A DNA stretch of 56,545 nt from a virus (IMGVR_UViG_3300042543_000175:1-56545); one strand, 5' to 3'. Shown: positions 47,215 through 55,903, counted from the stretch's first letter. Made by a program: numbers and translations. The notes: generated by a model not told the origin, from the letters alone.

Positions 47215-47355
47215 TTGAACAACTACTATACCAATGGATTCGGTATTGTCTACGGCCCTTACGGGAGTATTGGATATGCCCCGCGACCCAAAACGAAGCA
47301 GGATAAACCCAACTGTTTCGGGTTGTGCCGCTGGATTGCGTGTCTTTTTCTGTAG
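47215..47355 (+). CDS. 46-aa peptide with strong SD (type I toxin-like unit)
   Basis: AAGGAGGT 8 nt before TTG; MNNYYTNGFGIVYGPYGSIGYAPRPKTKQDKPNCFGLCRWIACLFL. Confidence 0.5.
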   Translation: MNNYYTNGFGIVYGPYGSIGYAPRPKTKQDKPNCFGLCRWIACLFL

Positions 47356-47381
47356 ACTAACGGGTTCAAACTACAGAAACA

Positions 47382-47418
47382 AAGGGAGGGGGCAATTAGT
47401 CCCCTCCCTATTCTTTTT
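47382..47418 (+). terminator. Intrinsic terminator
   Basis: AGGGAGGGG...CCCCTCCCT followed by ATTCTTTTT. Confidence 0.7.
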
Positions 47419-47624
47419 ATGGAAACAATCGTAATTATCCACGCCATGATGGGATGTCTATTCATCGGATGGTGGAAGGTGACAGGAAAACACATTGATA
47501 AAGACATATGATCGACTACCTTCTGGCCTATGGGATGTTTATCGCTATCGCGATAGTGGCTTTGAAAATCATCAAGGATTCAATCAATCCAAAATGAAAC
47601 CACTACTATTCATCGCTTCTTGTC

Positions 47625-47861
47625 TTGCCACGGCCACATTTTGGCTTTTTGCGCTTTATGGAGTCTACGCCTACTTCTGGAAATAAACTGGATAACTGGA
47701 TCAAGGCCCGATTTGCCGACCAGAAAGAAGTCCTTAACGTCTTGCAGGAATACGGGGTTATCTCAGACAACTGCGTTAACGTGGAAGATGTGGGCAACGA
47801 CAAGGAGGCTATGATATGGCTGGCAAAAAACTTTGAACATTTCAAGCGCCATGGTGTCTAA
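47625..47861 (+). CDS. Hypothetical protein (start probably 47658)
   Basis: EVLNVLQEYGVISDNCV. Confidence 0.5.
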   Translation: MPRPHFGFLRFMESTPTSGNKLDNWIKARFADQKEVLNVLQEYGVISDNCVNVEDVGNDKEAMIWLAKNFEHFKRHGV

Positions 47862-47868
47862 TAGCTCA

Positions 47869-48324
47869 ATGGATACATGCTATGAAATAGGCCAGTCGGC
47901 GGAAAAGAGGTTTGCCACAAAACTTAGTAAGCCCTCATTCTCCACTCCAGAGCAGGACATGGAAGAGCATTGGGATATAGAATCCTTCGGTAAGAAGTAC
48001 GATGTTAAGGCCATGAAGAAGTGGAGGCGGTCAGACACCGAACCAACAGATCGTATGCACTATGTCGAGCTACGCAACGTCCACGGAAACAGGGGATGGC
48101 TTTACGGTCAAGCCAACTACATTGTCTTTGAAACAAGATCCTACTGGCTTGTGGTTCCCAGAGAAGATCTGGTCAATTTTATTGATGGGGCCGTAGAAAA
48201 GAATGAACGAAGCTTACAGCCAGAGGTCTATAAACTTTACCAACGCCATGAAAGAAAAGATTTGATTACGGTAGTTCCAACAGTGGATCTGCTGTCAATC
48301 ACTGAAACAGCAATAAAAAAATAA
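47869..48324 (+). CDS. PD-(D/E)XK-type nuclease
   Basis: GQSAE, HWD, YDVK, VELRNVHGNRGWLYG. Confidence 0.65.
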   Translation: MDTCYEIGQSAEKRFATKLSKPSFSTPEQDMEEHWDIESFGKKYDVKAMKKWRRSDTEPTDRMHYVELRNVHGNRGWLYGQANYIVFETRSYWLVVPREDLVNFIDGAVEKNERSLQPEVYKLYQRHERKDLITVVPTVDLLSITETAIKK

Positions 48325-48329
48325 ATACA

Positions 48330-48545
48330 ATGAGCAACCAACAACAAAAAGATAATTCGGGAGCGTTGTTCCCGAACAAAAGTGACAACCCTAAAGCCCC
48401 TACTCACAAAGGCAAAGTCATCGTCAATGGAGTAGCCTTGGATGTGGCAGGCTGGAAACAGAAGTCCCAAAAGGGTGTGGACTATATCAGCCTGAAGTTC
48501 TCTCCTCCTTACAAGAAGGAAGAAGAGGTAGACGAGGCATTCTAA
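48330..48545 (+). CDS. Small DUF736/SSB-like protein
   Basis: NSGALF..N.KAP..G...VAGW...YISL, acidic tail ending in F. Confidence 0.6.
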   Translation: MSNQQQKDNSGALFPNKSDNPKAPTHKGKVIVNGVALDVAGWKQKSQKGVDYISLKFSPPYKKEEEVDEAF

Positions 48546-48563
48546 TTTAGGGTGTCAGCCCAT

Positions 48564-48610
48564 GGGGTGGGAGGTAATTCGACCTATCTCCCGCCCCAAC
48601 TCTTACTTTT
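48564..48610 (+). terminator. Probable terminator hairpin
   Basis: GGGGTGGGAG...CTCCCGCCCC followed by a T-rich tract. Confidence 0.5.
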
Positions 48611-49120
48611 ATGAAAACAGAAACAGTAGATCACAACAGAATAAACGATAAATATTTATTCCCTATAGAGCAATATGAAGAGGAGACTGATCTTGCGGAA
48701 GGCCAATCCAAAAGTTGCGATACGGGCACCCAAGCCGAAATACTCTTTATGGCAGCGGCCTCTCAGCAGGGTTGGTGCGTTTATGCCCCGCTAGGACACT
48801 CAACTCAAGTAGATGTTATTTTGCTTAAATCAGGAATAACGCCCATAACCGTTCAGGTTAAAAAAGGAGTCTACCAAAAAGATGGCGGGTTTTGGAAAAC
48901 AGTAATGGGTTCATGTAAGCCGACCTGTGCAGCCAATCCTAATGACTATGGAAAACGCTATCGCAAATATCAAAAAGGAGAATTTGACATCCTTGCTTTG
49001 TGGATTATGGAGCGCAATGGATTTGCCCTTTATTCGCTGAGTGAACTTGTTGAGGTGGGATATTGCACAGTTAGTTGGCGTGATGGCGGTCGGCTGAACA
49101 ATTGGTGCATATTGGAGTAA
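48611..49120 (+). CDS. PD-(D/E)XK endonuclease (group I intron-associated type)
   Basis: GTQAE..F, VYAP, VDVIL, VQVK, FDIL. Confidence 0.7.
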   Translation: MKTETVDHNRINDKYLFPIEQYEEETDLAEGQSKSCDTGTQAEILFMAAASQQGWCVYAPLGHSTQVDVILLKSGITPITVQVKKGVYQKDGGFWKTVMGSCKPTCAANPNDYGKRYRKYQKGEFDILALWIMERNGFALYSLSELVEVGYCTVSWRDGGRLNNWCILE

Positions 49121-49140
49121 TTAACGCTAAACCCCGAAAC

Positions 49141-49338
49141 ATGAATAATACAATTTCACAGCTTAACGACGATCTCGTCCACGCCGAATCAACGTTAAGA
49201 TCTCTGTTGGAATCCACCCGCGACTGGCTAGATAGCGAGATCAAGGAGTCTGGAGAAGACTTCGTCAAGGGTATGCAACGCCGAATCATAGACCGCCATC
49301 CGCAATTGGGATGGGTTATTGACCCATTGGAGTTTTAA
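49141..49338 (+). CDS. Hypothetical protein
   Basis: ATG at 49141. Confidence 0.5.
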   Translation: MNNTISQLNDDLVHAESTLRSLLESTRDWLDSEIKESGEDFVKGMQRRIIDRHPQLGWVIDPLEF

Positions 49339-49341
49339 GCC

Positions 49342-49866
49342 ATGAGTGACACACTTCAGACGTTGGGCGATGCTCGGAAGCAATTCATGGAACGTTTAGA
49401 CAAAGGGGACGAATGCCCCTGTTGTGGTCGATACACCAAGCGTTACAAGCGTAAATTAAACAGCGGAATGGCGTGGATGATAATTCAAATTTACCAGAAA
49501 TGTTGCAGCACCAAATCTATGGTTTTGCATGTTACTGATTCCTTTCTGGCTGAAAGAAAAAACGCGGTGGCGCAAGAATATTCAAAACTACGTTTCTGGG
49601 GGCTGCTTTTGCCAGTAGAATCCGATGATCCAAGAGTGCAACGAGAGCAATCGGGGTCTGGCCTGTGGCGGCTGACTTCCGAAGGGGTCGCTTTTGTCAC
49701 GGGGCAAACAACAGTTCCCAAACACGTTTTCCTAGTAAACGGCAAACGCGAAGGATTTAGCGACGAAAGAACATCTATAAGACAGTGCTTGGGAAGCAAG
49801 TTTAATTACGATGAACTGATGGCCCACTCTAACTTTGAAGAAATAAAAAAACGAAATGGCTGGTAA
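49342..49866 (+). CDS. Conserved phage protein with CxxC and winged-helix-like segment
   Basis: CPCCGR..K.YKRKLN, YSKLRFWGL, SGLWRLT..G. Confidence 0.65.
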   Translation: MSDTLQTLGDARKQFMERLDKGDECPCCGRYTKRYKRKLNSGMAWMIIQIYQKCCSTKSMVLHVTDSFLAERKNAVAQEYSKLRFWGLLLPVESDDPRVQREQSGSGLWRLTSEGVAFVTGQTTVPKHVFLVNGKREGFSDERTSIRQCLGSKFNYDELMAHSNFEEIKKRNGW

Positions 49867-50014
49867 AGGAGATCGCCCACGCAAGGTGAATGGCCCGAAG
49901 TATCGGGACAACTACGACTACATTTATGCGAGCAAAAGTCATCGGAATAAAGCAAGATCGCAATGCTGCCAAGCACACCCCCAAACCCCGAAACGTGAAC
50001 CCAAAGATCAATAA
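49856..50014 (+). CDS. Small conserved phage protein (GKGDRPR type)
   Basis: MAGKGDRPRKVNGPKYRDNYDYIY. Confidence 0.55.
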   Translation: MAGKGDRPRKVNGPKYRDNYDYIYASKSHRNKARSQCCQAHPQTPKREPKDQ

Positions 50015-50176
50015 ACTACTCAAGGATGGAAGGCTGCTTCCCATCTACAACGCCATAGGAGAGACTTTGTGCCTCGTTGGCTATCGTCGCAAGCCCAGCA
50101 GCAGAAAAGCCCACCAGCGGCCCTTTATGCTCAAACAACCCATACCCTTGGGGCCGATTGAGACCAAGCCCGAAGC

Positions 50177-50437
50177 ATGACCACAATAGAGGCAGACAAT
50201 CTCCTAAAGGAGAGGGAGGAAAGCGTAGTATTCGCAGATGGCCTAAAAGAAGCCTTTATAGGAATAGGCTACCAATTCCACTCACCAGTAGCCATCTATT
50301 CCCAGAAGAAAGCCATACAATGCCTAGAAAAGCAGGGGATGAGCGAGCTAGAGGCCATAGAGTACTACGACTACAATATCGCAGGATCCTATGTCGGAGA
50401 AAACACACCTATCTTCTTAGATGACCTAGACCAGTGA
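50177..50437 (+). CDS. Conserved phage hypothetical protein
   Basis: ADG..EAFIG...AIY...EAIEYYDYNIAGSYVGENTPIF. Confidence 0.7.
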   Translation: MTTIEADNLLKEREESVVFADGLKEAFIGIGYQFHSPVAIYSQKKAIQCLEKQGMSELEAIEYYDYNIAGSYVGENTPIFLDDLDQ

Positions 50438-50637
50438 GCAACAGATACCTAGAGTACATCGGGATCGACCCAGAACCCACAAACCTAATCCCATTCTCCT
50501 GTATCTACCTCTTCAAGGGAGAGAAGCATAGATTAGTGATCTACGCCCACAACTGGGCAGAAGCCCATAGCTACGCCCAATACCACGGGCTAGTCGTGGA
50601 AGAAAAACTATCCTTCGGAGTACAAAACGAGCAATAG
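50434..50637 (+). CDS. Hypothetical protein
   Basis: Coupled ORF. Confidence 0.5.
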   Translation: MSNRYLEYIGIDPEPTNLIPFSCIYLFKGEKHRLVIYAHNWAEAHSYAQYHGLVVEEKLSFGVQNEQ

Positions 50638-50880
50638 TTCAAATTTGGCTTAATCTATTAGCCAATATGTACACAAAATCCCGAAACATAGACACATTCC
50701 CCCCAACATGTCTAAGCCGTAGACATATTAAAGGATAGAGACAATTCCTTTAATAGAGTAACCCGTTATAAAACCAACCCCGAATTTATAACAGAGAAAA
50801 ATATTTAAGACTGGGTTCGCTTTAAATAAGGGGGTAGGGGGTTCTCTAGAAATAAAAGAGACGGGGGTGGGGGCTAGACA

Positions 50881-50973
50881 ACGCTACGCTCTACCGCCCC
50901 TATATAAGGGCGGATAGCGCGATAGCGTCCACGCTACACCACGCTCAAATAGCGTCCCATAGCGTAGTAGCGT
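50881..50973. repeat. Cluster of ACGCT/AGCGT repeats around a CCGCCC-N8-GGGCGG hairpin
   Basis: ACGCT at 50881, 50886, 50931, 50941; AGCGT at 50924, 50951, 50961, 50969. Confidence 0.75.
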
Positions 50974-51485
50974 TCCTGATAAATTATTACTTGACGGGTT
51001 ACTTTTGCACAGAAAATTTTCGAGAGGGGGTATTTTCCCAGTCGCAGTGCCCGCGCCAAGAGAAGGTCGGGGGGGAGACGGGTGTGGTGGGGTCTGTGAT
51101 CTGCGAGCGTGTTATCGGTGGCTGGCTGGCTGTCCTGCGTCCCGTGGCTGGCTGGCTGAGAGTGTGCTATCGTTTGCGCTCTACTCTGTCCGCCTCTGTC
51201 CGTTAGTCAGACATGATACATGATTCGCGGCTTATACGGCCCTATGGCAAGACTTTCCTTTTTTCGGGACTACTCACCGCCGAGAACCGACAGAGGATCT
51301 AGGGTCAAATCCCGAAACATGACCAACCCTTTCCCGCTTCCCCGCCTTGGGACATATCATCATATCCGCATATCTTGATGCATCATGATATGATGATGCG
51401 TTGATGCGTTGTCTTCTCGCACTAGGGCAATTCTTATTTGTAATTATTCCAATTAGTCCCGCTAAAAACTAATTGAAAATATCAC

Positions 51486-51514
51486 TTGCGCTTTAGTCAG
51501 TCCCGCCTTATTTT
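51486..51514 (+). promoter_or_regulatory. Early sigma70-type promoter
   Basis: TTGCGC-17-TATTTT with AT-rich upstream tract. Confidence 0.5.
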
Positions 51515-51523
51515 TTACTCGTT

Positions 51524-51925
51524 ATGGAAAACACCACTGAAAACATGATGGGCACGGGGATTTCCGCCGTGCGTTTGACCGAATTGGAAACCAAAGCAAT
51601 GCACGTTCTTTTTGATAGTGCAGAGGGTAACGGCCATGATTTTGGGTTTATTGATGACCTGATCGATGCCAAGATCATGGGGCGCAATCAGGTTTCGGGC
51701 GTTGTCTCTTCACTTGTAAAGAAGGGCATTATTGAGGATTGGGGAGAAGAAAAAGTTAATTGGGATTCCTCCTACACTCAATTCACTTGGGGCAAACAAT
51801 GCGGATTCGGCCCGAACATGAATGAAGGTTGGGACAGATTGCCTGACACTGTATCGCAATTCTTCACCATGTTTAACATTCTTCCCGCCCTTGTTAGTTT
51901 TGAGGGATTGAGACAGAATGCCTGA
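51524..51925 (+). CDS. Early protein, winged-helix-like
   Basis: LTELE...QVSGVVSSLVKKGII. Confidence 0.55.
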   Translation: MENTTENMMGTGISAVRLTELETKAMHVLFDSAEGNGHDFGFIDDLIDAKIMGRNQVSGVVSSLVKKGIIEDWGEEKVNWDSSYTQFTWGKQCGFGPNMNEGWDRLPDTVSQFFTMFNILPALVSFEGLRQNA

Positions 51926-51993
51926 TTGCTTCCCCGTCTCCCCGTGGGCTCTGTCTCGCGGGGAGCAGGGGAGACAATCCCGCAAAAAACCAT

Positions 51994-52182
51994 ATGAAAA
52001 ACAATCCATCAAACCGCATTGCGCTTCATGCGCGCTGCATCATTCGCAATCCGTCACGCTGGTCATTCTATGCTCACGGGATCATTCGGGAGTTTCGGGA
52101 GTGTTCTACGCTCGCTGTATGCGTAGTCTTTACTCTCTTTGTTTTCGGGCTCTCGCTCGTCAACTCGTTTTTTCAACACTAA
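51994..52182 (+). CDS. Hypothetical early protein with hydrophobic C-terminus
   Basis: A/C-rich leader then ATG. Confidence 0.45.
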   Translation: MKNNPSNRIALHARCIIRNPSRWSFYAHGIIREFRECSTLAVCVVFTLFVFGLSLVNSFFQH

Positions 52183-52201
52183 CACCAACACCATACACCA
52201 T

Positions 52202-52519
52202 ATGATCACAATCAGCAAAACATACGAGATAGTCACTCCCGAATCCGCCGAAAGCGGGGACGTTCAAGATTCGGGATTCCTCACTGAAGCGGAAAGCGTC
52301 ACGTTTCGGGAGCTTGTCAGCATGATGCGGGATTTTCCTTGCCCCTCATGCTCTCCCGCCAGCGGAAACGAAAACGAATGGCTCTCTTCCTACCCTGAAA
52401 CCGATTTTCGGACGGGAGAAGAAGAAACGCAAAGCCTGCACTATTCGCGGGAGAATGCACCTTGCAAGGCGAAATACTGGCGCAAAGCTATGATCGCGGC
52501 GGGAATCATCAAAGCCTAA
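52202..52519 (+). CDS. Conserved phage early protein
   Basis: TYEIVTPESAESGD..DSGF. Confidence 0.65.
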   Translation: MITISKTYEIVTPESAESGDVQDSGFLTEAESVTFRELVSMMRDFPCPSCSPASGNENEWLSSYPETDFRTGEEETQSLHYSRENAPCKAKYWRKAMIAAGIIKA

Positions 52520-52533
52520 CACCTGACAACACC

Positions 52534-53211
52534 ATGAAACTACTTAGCACCAACAACACCAAAATCAAAAAAGGGGAGAAACTAGGCTGGAGAACCTATG
52601 GTCTTTCCCTTTCTCCCGCTGGAAAGAGTGGCAAGCAATTCTGTCCGCATCGCTCAAAAGGGTGCGAGATGGCTTGTCTCGATACGTCAGGCATGGGGAT
52701 TTTCGGAAACGTGCAGGAAGCTAGACTTGCAAAATCCCGCTATTTCATCGAATCCCGCCCCGAATTTCTCTCACAATTCCAGCGGGAATTATGCAATGCG
52801 GAAACATGGGGAAAGCGTAAAAACAAGCCTGTAGCATGCCGCCCGAATGTTTTGTCGGATCTTCCATGGTATAAATTGATTGAAATGGAAAGGTTCCCTT
52901 CCATTCAATTCTATGATTACACGCCAAACCTAGAACGCATGATGCAATTCTTAAACGGGGAATTGCCAAAAAACTATCACCTGACGTTCTCCCGAAAGGA
53001 AGATAACCAGCATAGGGTGCATGCGGTAATTGCGGCGGGGGGAAATGTCGCGGTAGTCTTTAATGAGTTACCAGAGACCTATCTTGGCAAGCCTGTCATT
53101 AATGGCGATGAGAGCGACCTTCGTTTTCTAGATCCGAAAGGAGTGATTGTTGGATTAAAGGCCAAGGGGAAAGCGATTAAGGATGATTCGGGCTTTGTCG
53201 TTCAAGTCTAA
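52534..53211 (+). CDS. Gene product 88 (gp88)-like protein
   Basis: LSLSPA..FCP..GC..ACL..SG.G, RPNVLSD, FYDYT, NYHLTFS, GDESDLRFLD. Confidence 0.85.
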   Translation: MKLLSTNNTKIKKGEKLGWRTYGLSLSPAGKSGKQFCPHRSKGCEMACLDTSGMGIFGNVQEARLAKSRYFIESRPEFLSQFQRELCNAETWGKRKNKPVACRPNVLSDLPWYKLIEMERFPSIQFYDYTPNLERMMQFLNGELPKNYHLTFSRKEDNQHRVHAVIAAGGNVAVVFNELPETYLGKPVINGDESDLRFLDPKGVIVGLKAKGKAIKDDSGFVVQV

Positions 53212-53296
53212 GGTTATTCCCGTCCCCGCTTCCTGAGTGTAACAGGGAGCGGCACGGGGAAAATCCCCTGACAACAACACCAAACACCATAACCAT

Positions 53297-53629
53297 ATGA
53301 TAACAAAAGATCAAGAGTTAGCAACACTGAGAGAAACTGCTGCCAAGCTTGGCCCGAATTCCTATCTTGGCCCTTGGATGGAATCCGTAGCGTTTGAGCT
53401 TGAAGCGATGATGCGGGCGGATTCCTTCCCGTGCGTAAATCTGGCCGAATCAGAGCATCATGCGGGGAAGATCGTCGCGGAGGCTGAGAGGAAAGCGGAA
53501 ACCATCATCGCGAATGCGAAACGGGAAGCTAATGACCGCGAAAGGCTAATCGATGACCAAAGGGAACGCGCACGGGCGCTTATCATTGGGGCTCAACAAT
53601 CCCTGTTGGCGATTGAAGAAAGACTCTGA
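53297..53629 (+). CDS. Hypothetical coiled-coil protein
   Basis: TKDQE...LGPNSYLGPW. Confidence 0.6.
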   Translation: MITKDQELATLRETAAKLGPNSYLGPWMESVAFELEAMMRADSFPCVNLAESEHHAGKIVAEAERKAETIIANAKREANDRERLIDDQRERARALIIGAQQSLLAIEERL

Positions 53630-53819
53630 CCCGATAAGGTGACAAGGTGCGCGGAGTCCGATCCTCCGCCCCGTCCCGCCCGATTTTCGCGCTTAAATGC
53701 CCCGCACGGCCCTTTTTATTCCCTCCCCGCTATGATGACATCCCCCAAGGCAAGCCCGATCCCCCGCGACATGGTGACAAGGGGCGCAATCTTTTTTCTT
53801 TCCCCATTAAAAAAACCAG

Positions 53820-53847
53820 TTGACAAACAATCTCCCCAAGCTATTTT
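53820..53847 (+). promoter_or_regulatory. sigma70-type promoter
   Basis: TTGACA-16-TATTTT with upstream A/T tracts. Confidence 0.55.
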
Positions 53848-53926
53848 TACTTTCATCAGACCAAGCCTTGCCCCGATAGGGTGACAAGATGCGGAATGAT
53901 AAAAAACAAAACCACACAACACCAAA

Positions 53927-54079
53927 ATGACAGCACCAACAACACAAGCAACGGAAACGCAAGTTGTAGAACAAATCATGCAAGCCATAGACGGAATTGA
54001 TCGTGAGGGCTTGGTTGATCTCGCCAACACTCTTCTGGGAACTGATTTCGTTCTGGAAGACATTGAATGGGCAAAATAA
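53927..54079 (+). CDS. Small acidic protein (50 aa)
   Basis: A/C-rich leader; MTAPTTQATETQVVEQIMQAIDG... Confidence 0.55.
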   Translation: MTAPTTQATETQVVEQIMQAIDGIDREGLVDLANTLLGTDFVLEDIEWAK

Positions 54080-54110
54080 AAAACAAACCACAATACAAAA
54101 TACCGCACAT

Positions 54111-55151
54111 ATGGCACACAAAATCGAACAACCCCATGATATCGTTCTGTCCGTTCAAGGAACCGAATGGCATGGACTCGCTCAACACGTTTCAGCAATT
54201 GGAGATCAGGAAGTCTCTCCTTTGCTGTTCGACATTATCGAATCCCCTGCATTTGTTCAGGTGGACGGGGAACAGGCAACACTTGAAGACTACAAAGTCC
54301 TCGTGGCGGATCATCGCAAAGTTCGTCCCGATCTTTCAGGGCGCGATGCTCTGGTTCCGCTTCACATTCCGAAAGCGGGATACAAAGTAATATCGAACCG
54401 CGAAATCTGGAATGTCATGCAAAAATCTTTGCGTGATCTGGATTGCGCCGTCACCTCGGTTTGCACCTTGGAGCGTGGAAAGAAGTTTTCCATATCCTGC
54501 GATATCGGAAACTCCGACATGGTGATCAATGGGGACAAGTTCAAAGCCAATCTGAATTTTGTCACCTCGCATGATGGCACGATTGCAATGGAGTCTTTTG
54601 ATTCCGCGATCCGTATTGTCTGCATGAATACCTTCCAATGGTCGCGGGATGCGGCTCAGAACGTCCTAAAGGTTTACCATACCAAAAATGCAGAGTTTGC
54701 GCTGGAGGGTCTCGGTGACCTTCTGAACGCTATTCTCAAGGGTCGCGTGGAATTGGTTCAGGTGATGGAATACCTCGCGAACCACACTTGTGATGCGAAT
54801 ACCGCGCTGGCTATGGCGGCGGGATATTTTTGCATGACAACGGACGCGAAAGACAACAAACTCGCGACTCGTTCGATGAACGCTGCCCGTGAGATTGCTG
54901 ACCTGTTCGCCAATGGCATCGGAAACAAGGGTCGCAGCCTCTATGATCTCGCTAATGGTGCAACTGAATACTGGACTAGCGGTAACGGCACGGGGCGCAA
55001 AGCCAGCGTGGCCTCGCGTGTCTACCGCTCACAGCTTGGTTCGGCGGCGGAGCATAAGCGCAACTTCATTGCCATGCTCGCTGGCTCTGATCGTGTGACC
55101 ATGTTCAATCGTGGCACAGAAGCTGTCAGGCAAGCCGTCCTAGCGAACTAG
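54111..55151 (+). CDS. DUF932-family protein
   Basis: WHGL, YKVISN, SHDGT, IRIVCMNT, HTKN, YDLANGATEY. Confidence 0.85.
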   Translation: MAHKIEQPHDIVLSVQGTEWHGLAQHVSAIGDQEVSPLLFDIIESPAFVQVDGEQATLEDYKVLVADHRKVRPDLSGRDALVPLHIPKAGYKVISNREIWNVMQKSLRDLDCAVTSVCTLERGKKFSISCDIGNSDMVINGDKFKANLNFVTSHDGTIAMESFDSAIRIVCMNTFQWSRDAAQNVLKVYHTKNAEFALEGLGDLLNAILKGRVELVQVMEYLANHTCDANTALAMAAGYFCMTTDAKDNKLATRSMNAAREIADLFANGIGNKGRSLYDLANGATEYWTSGNGTGRKASVASRVYRSQLGSAAEHKRNFIAMLAGSDRVTMFNRGTEAVRQAVLAN

Positions 55152-55221
55152 GCGAGGGTTTTCCATCTGTCCTCTCTTCGGAGAGGGCAGAATGGGGAAT
55201 CTTCCCCGAATAAACCACACA

Positions 55222-55383
55222 ATGAAAACACCTGAAGAAATCACAAAGCAATTGAATGACGCCGTTTCGGTGATCATCCTCTCACCAGAGATCCGAAAGT
55301 TTCTCACAGTGATGGATCCCAAGGCGCTTGAACAATGTTTCGACGCATTCAACGCCTATCGCAACAGCACAAAAACCAAATAA
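55222..55383 (+). CDS. Hypothetical protein
   Basis: FL..MDPKALEQ; A/C-rich leader. Confidence 0.55.
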   Translation: MKTPEEITKQLNDAVSVIILSPEIRKFLTVMDPKALEQCFDAFNAYRNSTKTK

Positions 55384-55394
55384 AAAACCACACC

Positions 55395-55574
55395 ATGAAC
55401 GCACTGATCAACAAATCCAAAGTAAAAAAATACATTCTGGAATACGCTGCGAACAATCGGGCGCACAAATATACCAGAGTATCGCAGGAAACTATCGACA
55501 GAGTCGAAGCGGCGGCACGTTCTGCTGCCAAGGCTATCGTCACTCAGGCCCCATCGAAAGGAAAGACGCTGTGA
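55395..55574 (+). CDS. Histone-fold-like protein (59 aa)
   Basis: LINKSKVKKYI...RVSQETID...KGKTL matches the prokaryotic histone pattern. Confidence 0.6.
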   Translation: MNALINKSKVKKYILEYAANNRAHKYTRVSQETIDRVEAAARSAAKAIVTQAPSKGKTL

Positions 55575-55903
55575 GTTACTCAATCGAAATAGATAAAGAA
55601 ATACCCATTGGTGACAAGTTATTCTATGCCTTGATCGAAGCGGATGTTTCCTTCCGCGATTCCGAAGACCCTGAACCCTGTGGTCTTGAGATCACAAAGG
55701 CGGAGGTTTCCCCGCTAGACGGCGAACCCATGCCGCTAGAGTATGAGGGGCGGAGGATAGAAAAAGTCATCGTCACGGGCCATCCAGAGCTTACAGAGGC
55801 TATCGATCAAGCCCTTTGGGATGAAGTCTCAAGATTCACAGAAGACAACTTCTGCGACATTGCCCGCGACATGCGGGATGCGGAGGATGAAAGGGATTTA
55901 TGA
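55571..55903 (+). CDS. Acidic hypothetical protein
   Basis: GTGA overlap with upstream stop. Confidence 0.55.
   Translation: MSYSIEIDKEIPIGDKLFYALIEADVSFRDSEDPEPCGLEITKAEVSPLDGEPMPLEYEGRRIEKVIVTGHPELTEAIDQALWDEVSRFTEDNFCDIARDMRDAEDERDL

Noticed and set aside
47355-47380. GGGTTCAAA T-loop-like sequence suggesting a tRNA
   Set aside because: It is the loop of a simple hairpin; no cloverleaf or acceptor stem.
48611-49120. Group I intron around the PD-(D/E)XK endonuclease
   Set aside because: No interrupted host gene or intron core visible; the gene appears free-standing.
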